From positions 1-64,000 of the IMG/VR virus record IMGVR_UViG_3300047160_007353: 64,000 nucleotides of DNA. One strand, given 5' to 3'. Within the stretch, counting starts at the first letter, position 1. Every line of letters begins with the position of its first letter. A program made the position numbers and the translations under genes. The notes beneath the pieces are model-generated. The model made no database searches. It worked only from the letters and a program-made list of their open reading frames with translations, and had not been told where the DNA came from. Below, one piece after another: positions 9,822 through 18,153 of the stretch. Origin of the DNA: a virus. Its lineage: Duplodnaviria > Caudoviricetes.

Positions 9822-11090
9822 ATGAGTAGTTGCTGCGATGCCTTATCCTCACAAATAGCACTAGCCGAAACCGAAGCGTCCGCGCGCGTAGCCGCCGCGA
9901 TCTCCAGCGCCACAGTTGCAGCCACCGCCACCACACAGGCGGCCAACATTCAGGCGCAGGCTGATGAACAGGTAGCTACGACTCAGGCTCAGGCCCAGGT
10001 CAACATCGCCAAGATCCAGGCGCAGGCTGATACCCAGGTCGCGACGATCGCGATGGACGGCCAGGTCGAAGTGTCCACCCAGAGGACCCAGACCGACCAG
10101 GTTATCTCTGGCCAGCAGACCGCCGCGCAGATCCAGATTGCATCGATCCGGTCTGCCACCGATCAGCAAATCGCCACCACGGAATCGGCCTGGCGGCAAG
10201 CCGTTGCCAACATCGAGGTTGGCGGCGAGGAGTCGGTTGCGAATATCCGGGCTCAGGCGGACGAGCAGGTTGCGAATACGCAGTCGCAGGCCGACCAAGC
10301 GGTAGCCAACACGCAGGCCCAATCCGCCTCGGCCGTGGCGATCATCAGGACTCAGGCCGACGTCCAGATTGCCACAAAGGAGACGAGCTACCAGGTTCCA
10401 GTCGCAAACATCCAGGCTGGCGCAGATCAGAACGTTGCCACCACTCAGGCCAACGCCTCGATCTTCGGAAGCACCAATCAATTGACCGGCGTGCAGTACA
10501 GCGCAGACCAGCAGCTCGCCGGGGTTGATCACCACGAGAGCGCAGAGACGAACCGGCTCAACATCATGCTGGCCTTCGCTCAGGCCAAGTGGGACCAGGT
10601 CTTTCCGTTCATTCAGGAGATCCTTGGAAACCCTAGCCTTGGGCAAGGCACGACAAGCTGGAGCAATCTGCTGTCTGCCCTCGGAGTTGCCCCTTTCGTG
10701 ACACAAGGTGGGTTCTGGTCTCCGAGCCAGATCCAGACTCAACTCAACGACATCTATGCTCGCTCTTCCTCCAAAACGGCAACCCTGTTTCACGACGCCC
10801 AAATCGACCTGGCTGGACGCGGTTTTGCTGGCGCTTCTCCTTTGCTTGACATGCTTAATTTCAGTTACGAAGCCGAAGCCGTAGAGACCAGCACCGAATC
10901 GGCCAGAGTCCTGGCTTTGCAGGCAGCACAGCAGAACTCCCAGCTCGTTCTGGACCAGCAGAAGACCAGACAGCAGGTCTATCTCACCAGCGAGCAGGTC
11001 TACGCGGAACTCCAGAAGGCAGCCGCCAGCCTGATTACCGGAATCTTTGACGCAACCGCCCGGATCGTAGCAGCAGCGGAGAGTGTATAA
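9822..11090 (+). CDS. Ala/Gln-rich hendecad coiled-coil protein, putative DNA-ejection or internal virion protein
   Basis: Sixteen consecutive 11-residue units (e.g. QAQADEQVATT) at 9951-10478; follows the tail genes. Confidence 0.6.
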   Translation: MSSCCDALSSQIALAETEASARVAAAISSATVAATATTQAANIQAQADEQVATTQAQAQVNIAKIQAQADTQVATIAMDGQVEVSTQRTQTDQVISGQQTAAQIQIASIRSATDQQIATTESAWRQAVANIEVGGEESVANIRAQADEQVANTQSQADQAVANTQAQSASAVAIIRTQADVQIATKETSYQVPVANIQAGADQNVATTQANASIFGSTNQLTGVQYSADQQLAGVDHHESAETNRLNIMLAFAQAKWDQVFPFIQEILGNPSLGQGTTSWSNLLSALGVAPFVTQGGFWSPSQIQTQLNDIYARSSSKTATLFHDAQIDLAGRGFAGASPLLDMLNFSYEAEAVETSTESARVLALQAAQQNSQLVLDQQKTRQQVYLTSEQVYAELQKAAASLITGIFDATARIVAAAESV

Positions 11091-12868
11091 TGCCGTTCCA
11101 GGATAATCCGAACCAGCAGAACTATCAGCAGAACATCGGGGGTGGCGCAGCCGGCTCAGGTTCCCCCAGCCCCACCCCCTGGGAGCACCGCTTTGGCGGG
11201 CAGCCCGGCGGCCCCGGCGGCGGCTCAGGCAGCGGTAATGGCGGCCTCGGCGGTGGCGGCATGAGCGCCATCCCGGCCGCAGCGGCGGCCTGGAAACTGC
11301 CGGGGTGGATCAAGGGCGGCGCCAAGTGGGCAATGGACAAGATCCCCGCCGGAACCGGCGCCAAGCTGGCCGGATATGCTGGAACCGCAGGGCAATGGGC
11401 AAAGACAGGCCTCGGGGCTGTTGGTCGCACCGTGGCCGGTCCAGTAAATCTTGGAGCGGCCGCCCTGAACCTTGGAACCAGCGTCCTTACGCACGGCGCC
11501 GACGAGCGAGCAGGGTGGCACGGCGGCTCCAACTACCTTAGCCAAGCTGTCCACGGCATTCCCGCCGTTGGTCCTGCTGCCGGCATGGCATGGGATGCCG
11601 TGCCCGGGAACATCATGAGAGGCATGGAGAACGTAGCTGGCGTAGGCGGACAGGTAAAGAGGGGATTCAATACACTAACAGAGCCCGGCATGGGACTGTC
11701 AGATGCTCTTCACAGCGCCCTGACCATCCAGACCCAACCGCAGGCTCAGCCTCAATCCGGCGGACAGAGCTGGGTTCCCAACCCGAGCCATCCAGCCGGC
11801 GGCCGTTACGAGCCGATAGGCAGCACACCTCACCCCGACGTCGCGCAGTCCACCGGCCAGTCGGTCAGGGGCAGCATGCCCGGACCCGCCCCTGTTCCTC
11901 CCCCAAATCCCGGCGGAGTCGTCCCCTTTACCCAGAGCCCCGGCGGCCCTCGGCCCGAGATGGCTCGCGAAGTGGCTGCCTTCCAGCAGGCCAGTCCCAA
12001 GAACGGTGACGCAACCTCCGTCCTGAATCCGCAGACCGGTGCAAACACCAACCCTAACCCCGGGTTGGACTCGCACTACCAGAGTATGGAGCAGCAGATA
12101 TTGGCGCGCCTACAGGCATCGAACCCGGCTGTTGAAAGCACGCCTGGGAGTCAGCTCGGAATAAGGCGGGCTGACCCGGCGTTCGCGAAACTCCACGCCG
12201 GAACTCCAGTCGAGGATTTTCTGTACGGCGACCCCAATTACCAACAGCATCTCAAGAGAGCTCTCGGGGACGCATCGGGGATAAAGTATTCCGAACCCGA
12301 GATGGAGAGCATGTACGACAAGATCAGGCAGTGGGGTGGCCATCAGCAAGCATTTCGTCAGCTTTCGGCGCCCGCTGCTTCAAACGAATCGCGCACGAAT
12401 GCTTACCATGCGGCTTCTCAGAGGGAAAATTCGCTTCTGTCGGCTCTTGTGGGCTTGCGTGATGCTCACGCCCACGAGGTGCAGGCCCAGAACACCGGCC
12501 ACAACCCAATGGCCGGCATGACGCAGGAGCAGAGAGAGCGTTTCGGAGAGGTCCAGACTGGACAGCCTCCAGGCTCCATCACAGCCTTGAGGGCCAATCC
12601 CTGGCTGGCACAGTACCCACAGTTCCAGGCATGGCAGGGAAGGCCAGACCGTAGCGTTGACGAGATCCGCCAGATAGTCGAAGGGATTTATGGCCGGGTT
12701 CCCGAGGATCAACTCAGGGATTACGTCAGGTCCCGGCTTCTCGAAATGCCCCCGGGCGCGGTGAACAGCAGCGCCAATCCCGGATGGTTCGGATGGGGTT
12801 CCGAGGGCGCCAACACCAACAGACGATTCATTAACTGGGCCGATCCCGGCCACAACTTCGGAGGCTGA
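11090..12868 (+). CDS. Gly-rich putative internal virion / DNA-transfer protein
   Basis: 592 aa, low-complexity Gly/Ala/Pro, with the position and composition of podovirus ejection proteins. Confidence 0.55.
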   Translation: MPFQDNPNQQNYQQNIGGGAAGSGSPSPTPWEHRFGGQPGGPGGGSGSGNGGLGGGGMSAIPAAAAAWKLPGWIKGGAKWAMDKIPAGTGAKLAGYAGTAGQWAKTGLGAVGRTVAGPVNLGAAALNLGTSVLTHGADERAGWHGGSNYLSQAVHGIPAVGPAAGMAWDAVPGNIMRGMENVAGVGGQVKRGFNTLTEPGMGLSDALHSALTIQTQPQAQPQSGGQSWVPNPSHPAGGRYEPIGSTPHPDVAQSTGQSVRGSMPGPAPVPPPNPGGVVPFTQSPGGPRPEMAREVAAFQQASPKNGDATSVLNPQTGANTNPNPGLDSHYQSMEQQILARLQASNPAVESTPGSQLGIRRADPAFAKLHAGTPVEDFLYGDPNYQQHLKRALGDASGIKYSEPEMESMYDKIRQWGGHQQAFRQLSAPAASNESRTNAYHAASQRENSLLSALVGLRDAHAHEVQAQNTGHNPMAGMTQEQRERFGEVQTGQPPGSITALRANPWLAQYPQFQAWQGRPDRSVDEIRQIVEGIYGRVPEDQLRDYVRSRLLEMPPGAVNSSANPGWFGWGSEGANTNRRFINWADPGHNFGG

Positions 12869-12871
12869 TCC

Positions 12872-13564
12872 GTGGAAGTGAACATCAAGGAAAGCAAAGA
12901 GAAGAAGCCTGGCGCCAAGAAGAAGGCTCCGGGTCACGGCCAGGACCCCGGTGGTGCGGGCGGCAACCCCAAGGGCGGCGAGGGCCACCCGAACGCACAG
13001 GGTCCGATGCAGCACTTGGGAGGCGCGCCTCCACATCCTGCCGACCAGGGCCACAAGCCCGGCCAAGGAATCCCCAATCAGTCGGCCATGCACAACGGGA
13101 TGGGGGACTTCTCCCACATGGGACCTCCTCCGATGGCCCCCCAGATGATGCAGCCGCTTCCTCCGCCCGAGGCCCCGATCGGTCCTGGCGGCCTTCCGAT
13201 CGGCGGCAACCTGCCGAGTTCCGACCCCATGATGGACCCCTCAATGAGCGGTTCGTCGCTGTTCCGGCGCCTCAACATGCAGTTAGACCCGTATTCCTCG
13301 CCGGTCACCGGCCATGGAATGCTGGGTCAAGCCGGCGGAATGCCGGGCATGCCAGGGATGCCGGCTCAGACGGGCATGCCGGGTCCTGGTGAAGAGGGCG
13401 CAGAGCTGATGCAGCTCCTAGCCCTGCTGGGGATCGGCCAGTCCGCAATGGCCATGAACTCCCCCGGCATGAACATGAACCATCTGAATCCCAGTGGCGT
13501 GTTCAACGAGCCGACGCATCCCGGAGAGACCAGGGGCTTGAACAACTTTAACGTCATCCAGTAA
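12872..13564 (+). CDS. Pro/Gly/Met-rich low-complexity protein
   Basis: 230 aa ORF flush between neighbours; basic N-terminus. Confidence 0.5.
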   Translation: MEVNIKESKEKKPGAKKKAPGHGQDPGGAGGNPKGGEGHPNAQGPMQHLGGAPPHPADQGHKPGQGIPNQSAMHNGMGDFSHMGPPPMAPQMMQPLPPPEAPIGPGGLPIGGNLPSSDPMMDPSMSGSSLFRRLNMQLDPYSSPVTGHGMLGQAGGMPGMPGMPAQTGMPGPGEEGAELMQLLALLGIGQSAMAMNSPGMNMNHLNPSGVFNEPTHPGETRGLNNFNVIQ

Positions 13565-13586
13565 GTGCAAGCATCCACTTTGCGCG

Positions 13587-13609
13587 TGAGACCTCGATTT
13601 GAGGTTTCA
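13587..13609. promoter_or_regulatory. 23-bp quasi-palindrome, copy 1 (reverse orientation, variant)
   Basis: TGAGACCTCGATTTGAGGTTTCA; reverse complement TGAAACCTCAAATCGAGGTCTCA; intergenic. Confidence 0.75.
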
Positions 13610-13631
13610 GCGATTTCAGGAGGGGATCGCC

Positions 13632-16600
13632 GTGGGATTGGGCGCCGCGCTCGAATATATCGGCGGTTCCCTGGACAAGCCGGGCCGCGCAGTCAGGGGG
13701 TTCCTTGGCGGCAAACCTCAGGAACTCCTGGCTGCTGTCCCGTTCTCGGACACACTCGGCTTGACCAACCCCAGCGACCGCGTCTCCGGTCGTGACCTGA
13801 CGAACAAGTGGGGCCTGACCAGTCCAAGCGACAGGAGCTGGAACTCCTCGATCGCCGGGTTCGGCGCCGACATCGCAACCGACCCACTGAACCTGATCCC
13901 TGGCCACGCTCTGTATAAGGCTGGCAAATCAGCATGGGGACTCGGCAAGTTTAATAAGGCTCAGCAAGCAGCCACCCACACAGACGAGCTTTATAGGGCG
14001 CTTGTGCCTTCTCTGAGCAGAGGGCCGTCGTCCCCGTCGCTCAGGACGGACTACCTCGACGCGCTACGCGACCCCAGCACCCAGCTTGGAAGACTGAAGA
14101 CCCTAGCCGACTCGGCTGGCGTCAAGGTGTTCCCAAGGGCAGGCATCGATCCTGCCGGCGACCGCAACCTGATGAAACACCTGAACAGGACGTGGCCGGG
14201 TGTCGGTGATTCCGAACTCTACCCAAAGAGCCTGACAGGCAAGGACATCCTCTCCAGCGACGAGGCTTTTCTTCAAGCTGCAAGGATCAACAACAACGCC
14301 GCCAGAGCCAAAGCTCATTACGACTCGAACACACAGTGGATATATCCTCAGACTGTTGACGTCCGCGATTGGTGGTTCAATCCAGGCAAACCGGAAACAT
14401 GGAAGATGTCTAGCGATTGGCTAGACGCGGAGCAAGCAGCGGCGGTAGCAAAACACAATAGATCGATTGGCTACAACCCGTTCGACTACGGAGACAGGAC
14501 GGCAGTCCACGAGATCGGCCACGCCCTGCATCACAAGAGATATGCCGACCAGGGCTATGGACCTGATCAATGGTTTAACATGCACGAAGATAATCCGGAT
14601 TGGCTAAGGGCCTGGAGAGGAGAGATGGTCCCGAGCCAGGAGCCAGGAAGGCGGGTCTGGCAGCCGGGGATCGGCCCAAACGGCGGTCTGGCGTCCCAGG
14701 AAATATCCGAGCGTGCAGGAGCGGACCCTCACGAGTTCGTGGCTGAATCCTTCGCCAAGATGCACGGGGATCTAGCCAGCGGATTACAGGTCAGCCCTGA
14801 AGCCACAATGCCCAAGAGGCTATGGCAGGCATACAACGACGTCTACCAAGGCCCTCCACTTCACAAGGGTCTCCTCGAAACTCTCCGTCGTCTCCAGGGT
14901 GGCAAGACCGCATCACTGAGAACTGATTACCTGGAGAGCCTTGGCAACCCCTCGACCCCGCTTGGCAGGCTTCAAGAGCTTGCCAAATCGACCAGCCGGG
15001 GCATTTCTGTGTTTCCTTATCGCTCCGGCTTCACCCGTTCATCCGTTCGTCCGCCTTACGACCTTCGGAGAGTTCTCAAGAGCGACAAAGCGTTTGAAGA
15101 AAGCATGAGGCAGGAATTCGGGGTCAGGCACCCAGGCGCCTATGCGCTGTACGACGCAGACATCAAGCAAATCGCGCCGAACTTTCATGACCCGTACGCC
15201 GTGAACCTGTGGATGAAGCCAGAATTGATGGCCGAAGAAATGAAAAGAATGGGGCCTGGCAGAGGATCGTGGTTATCCACCTCTGACCCCAATCACCTTG
15301 CTGTTCACGAGATTGGTCACGGATTGCACCATAAAGTCCTTGATGATATGGGTATCTCGTTGCCCGGCAATAGATGGGCTTACGGCAAGATCGGACGAGA
15401 GCTTGGTGTTGATAGCAAGGGTTATTATAAGGCCGATCCCAGGTTGGTTGGACCAATGACTTACAAAGTCTCTGGCTACGCAGCCGATCATCCTTGGGAG
15501 TTTGTTCCTGAAGCTTACGCCAAGATGATTCATGACATGGCCCGGGGGGCTACTCGCGATTTTAGCGAGTCTCTTTCTCCGGAACTGAACGACATCTATC
15601 GATCGCTCGGAGGTCCAAACCCCGAACAGAGCGGAGGTCTAATCGACACCCTCCGTCGTCTCCAGGGCGGCAAGACGTCTTCGCTCAGGACGGACTATTT
15701 TGACGCGCTCAATAACCCCAAATCGGTCTTGGCGAACGCCAAGAGAATGGCTGATACTGCTGGCGTCCATTGGTTCCCTTACTCGGGCGAGCATGGCGGC
15801 GGCATGATTCCCAAGAGTTTGAGCGACCAGGGCTTTAATGACCTTCTTCAGATGCCGCCCAAGTGGCATGCGGCATACTACCCAGAGTATCGATCGATAC
15901 TCCCTAATGCCTACAATCAACCAGAACGATGGTTTTCCAACTACTCGACCAATCCCCTTTACCACGGCGGCGGCTCCCTGCATCCCCTCGCTGACTCCCA
16001 GACTCCCATTCACGAGATCGGCCACGCTCTGCATCACCTCAGCGCCGGCAATCAGTTCCCAGAGCCCAGCCTTCTCGACCGACTTGGATTTCCCGAAGAA
16101 GATCGAGCCGGCTTGACCTCGGGCTTTGGTCACTGGTGGGCCAAGGATCTCGGGATAGGCAACGAGATCGACAGAACCATCAGGGGCTACGCGAGCACGA
16201 ACCCTCACGAATTCGTCGCCGACTCTTACTCCAAGATGGCCATGGATCTGGCCACAAGGAAAGCGGCTGCCCAGTCCGAAGCCCTATCTCCTGAGCTGAA
16301 CTACTTCTACAACAGGTTGCTGGGTCCGAGGGTCACGCCCGAGGTGGTGAATGAAATCAGAAGGCAAACAGGTCTTGGCGCGCCTACTGCTATGGAAAGG
16401 TATCGCGATACTCTCAGAAACCCAGAGGCTTGGGCTCCGCATTTCGAGGCGGAGTTTCCCACCGCCTCCCCAAAGACATATTTCCCGGCTCCGCAGGGCG
16501 GCTTCCTCGGATCAAAGGGAGAGCCTTATGATTGGGGGAAAGCCGCAGAAGACCTCAATTCGGGAGACTGGCACAACTGGCTGAATGATATTGCCGACGA

Positions 16601-17279
16601 AGACCTGAAGACGGCTTCCCTCGGACCAGGATCCGCCGCTTCTACCCGGCAAGTCCCATCGACCGGCGCCGTCCCCGGCGGTCCTGGTCTATCGACAAAC
16701 CTCCGTCCCTTGAGGGATCTGATCCCGGTTGCCAAGGAAGGTCACGGCGGCCTTCCGACGCGCGTTGTTGGCGGCCACTACGGACAGGACCGACCGGGCG
16801 CCATGTCTAATCTGCTCGGCATGGACCCCCTGAACATGGGTGCCTCGAAGCCACCATGGAGCGAGTTCGCTGGAGCTGGGACGGCAGCCGTAAGAGATCC
16901 TGGAGCGGCGAGAGAAGAGATCCTTCACTCCATGATCAGCAGAGCTGCCCACGAGAACGACCTCAGCAGCCTTCCGATGCTTGGCAAGCCGGCAGCCAGG
17001 CTGTACCAGTCGGCGTTACAGAACGACTCCCGGTCTCAATACGGTCTCGCCATGGTCCTCGATGAGCTGGCCGCCAAGACCATGTCCGGACGTGGCGCAG
17101 CACAGAAGCTCGGCAACGCCGCGAACTTCCTGCTGAATCCATCCCAGCACGTAGCGTACCACGGCCAGTTCGCCCCGTTCGGCGCCCTCCCGAACGTGGC
17201 CTACCATGGAGTGCCGGTCGCAGCATACGGGCTGCTTCCGGGCCTTGCAGCTTCGTACCGATTGGGACAACAACAATGA
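13632..17279 (+). CDS. Giant putative ejected virion protein with three tandem HExxH (anthrax-lethal-factor-like) metallopeptidase domains
   Basis: HEIGH at 14508, 15306 and 16011, each followed by an E-F-V-x-E/D helix. Likely GTG start at 13632 after the SD-like ggagggg. Confidence 0.75.
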   Translation: MGLGAALEYIGGSLDKPGRAVRGFLGGKPQELLAAVPFSDTLGLTNPSDRVSGRDLTNKWGLTSPSDRSWNSSIAGFGADIATDPLNLIPGHALYKAGKSAWGLGKFNKAQQAATHTDELYRALVPSLSRGPSSPSLRTDYLDALRDPSTQLGRLKTLADSAGVKVFPRAGIDPAGDRNLMKHLNRTWPGVGDSELYPKSLTGKDILSSDEAFLQAARINNNAARAKAHYDSNTQWIYPQTVDVRDWWFNPGKPETWKMSSDWLDAEQAAAVAKHNRSIGYNPFDYGDRTAVHEIGHALHHKRYADQGYGPDQWFNMHEDNPDWLRAWRGEMVPSQEPGRRVWQPGIGPNGGLASQEISERAGADPHEFVAESFAKMHGDLASGLQVSPEATMPKRLWQAYNDVYQGPPLHKGLLETLRRLQGGKTASLRTDYLESLGNPSTPLGRLQELAKSTSRGISVFPYRSGFTRSSVRPPYDLRRVLKSDKAFEESMRQEFGVRHPGAYALYDADIKQIAPNFHDPYAVNLWMKPELMAEEMKRMGPGRGSWLSTSDPNHLAVHEIGHGLHHKVLDDMGISLPGNRWAYGKIGRELGVDSKGYYKADPRLVGPMTYKVSGYAADHPWEFVPEAYAKMIHDMARGATRDFSESLSPELNDIYRSLGGPNPEQSGGLIDTLRRLQGGKTSSLRTDYFDALNNPKSVLANAKRMADTAGVHWFPYSGEHGGGMIPKSLSDQGFNDLLQMPPKWHAAYYPEYRSILPNAYNQPERWFSNYSTNPLYHGGGSLHPLADSQTPIHEIGHALHHLSAGNQFPEPSLLDRLGFPEEDRAGLTSGFGHWWAKDLGIGNEIDRTIRGYASTNPHEFVADSYSKMAMDLATRKAAAQSEALSPELNYFYNRLLGPRVTPEVVNEIRRQTGLGAPTAMERYRDTLRNPEAWAPHFEAEFPTASPKTYFPAPQGGFLGSKGEPYDWGKAAEDLNSGDWHNWLNDIADEDLKTASLGPGSAASTRQVPSTGAVPGGPGLSTNLRPLRDLIPVAKEGHGGLPTRVVGGHYGQDRPGAMSNLLGMDPLNMGASKPPWSEFAGAGTAAVRDPGAAREEILHSMISRAAHENDLSSLPMLGKPAARLYQSALQNDSRSQYGLAMVLDELAAKTMSGRGAAQKLGNAANFLLNPSQHVAYHGQFAPFGALPNVAYHGVPVAAYGLLPGLAASYRLGQQQ

Positions 17280-17386
17280 CGCAGTACGTTCTGCCTCTCG
17301 TTGCGATCCTGGTCTACTACGTCTCGGCCTACCGCCTCCTTCATGGTTGGCTCTGGCGAAACCACCATCTTCAGAGGATCTCGTGA
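17276..17386 (+). CDS. Small hydrophobic peptide (36 aa)
   Basis: MTQYVLPLVAILVYYVSAYRLLHGWLWRNHHLQRIS; ATGA and GTGA overlaps at both ends. Confidence 0.4.
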   Translation: MTQYVLPLVAILVYYVSAYRLLHGWLWRNHHLQRIS

Positions 17387-18150
17387 AAGTCGAAAACGAA
17401 CAGACCAAGTTCGAGAGCGGCGCCGTCCGGTCCAGTTGCGCGGCGAACTTCCGCTACGACCTCATCAGCCCCATCGGTCTTGAGGCTGTTGCGGCCGCCT
17501 GCAGGGAGGGTGCCGAGAAGTACGGAGACTGCAACTGGGAGAAGGGCATGCCGATCAGCGACCTTCTCAACCACGCCGTCCGCCACATCTACATGTACCT
17601 CGCCGGTTACCGCGAAGAGGACCACCTCGGGCATGCAGCATGGGGCCTCATGGCTGCCATACACAGCTCGGTCATGTGGCCCGAACTCAACCGCGACTTC
17701 TTCGCCCGTCCTGGCTGTGTCAAAAACCACGTCGAACTCGTTCCAACGCCGGCCAGCTCCTCGGAGTTCGAGTGTCCCTACGAATGCGACAACCCAACCT
17801 TCTGTCCCGACCTGGATCTTTGCGTTCTGGACACTCTCCACGAGGCAATGGACAGGTGGGCCGTCGAGAACTGCGACCTCCTCGGCGACCTGGAGGTAGC
17901 CTTGAGTATCGAGGTGGATGATCTGGACCGGGCTCTCTATGTCAAGCTGATCGACTCGACGGCGAAGTACATGGGCAAAAGCGCCAGCTATAAAGCTTTG
18001 CCAGCCGAGGTCAAGATGCACGTCGGTTCTGACACCGTCGATGAGCTGGCCGATTACATCGGCACAACCCTGATCACCGACCTCCAGGCTTGCATCCGCT
18101 TCGAGGGCATTTGTGCCCACCGGCAAACCCTGGATTTCCCGAGAGTCTAA
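17383..18150 (+). CDS. dATP/dGTP diphosphohydrolase-like (DUF5664) domain protein with C-terminal extension
   Basis: KFESGAVRS...RYDLISP...EGAEKYGDCNWEKGMP...NHAVRH...EDHLGHAAW is the recognised DUF5664 signature; GTG start at 17383. Confidence 0.8.
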   Translation: MKVENEQTKFESGAVRSSCAANFRYDLISPIGLEAVAAACREGAEKYGDCNWEKGMPISDLLNHAVRHIYMYLAGYREEDHLGHAAWGLMAAIHSSVMWPELNRDFFARPGCVKNHVELVPTPASSSEFECPYECDNPTFCPDLDLCVLDTLHEAMDRWAVENCDLLGDLEVALSIEVDDLDRALYVKLIDSTAKYMGKSASYKALPAEVKMHVGSDTVDELADYIGTTLITDLQACIRFEGICAHRQTLDFPRV

Positions 18151-18153
18151 GCC

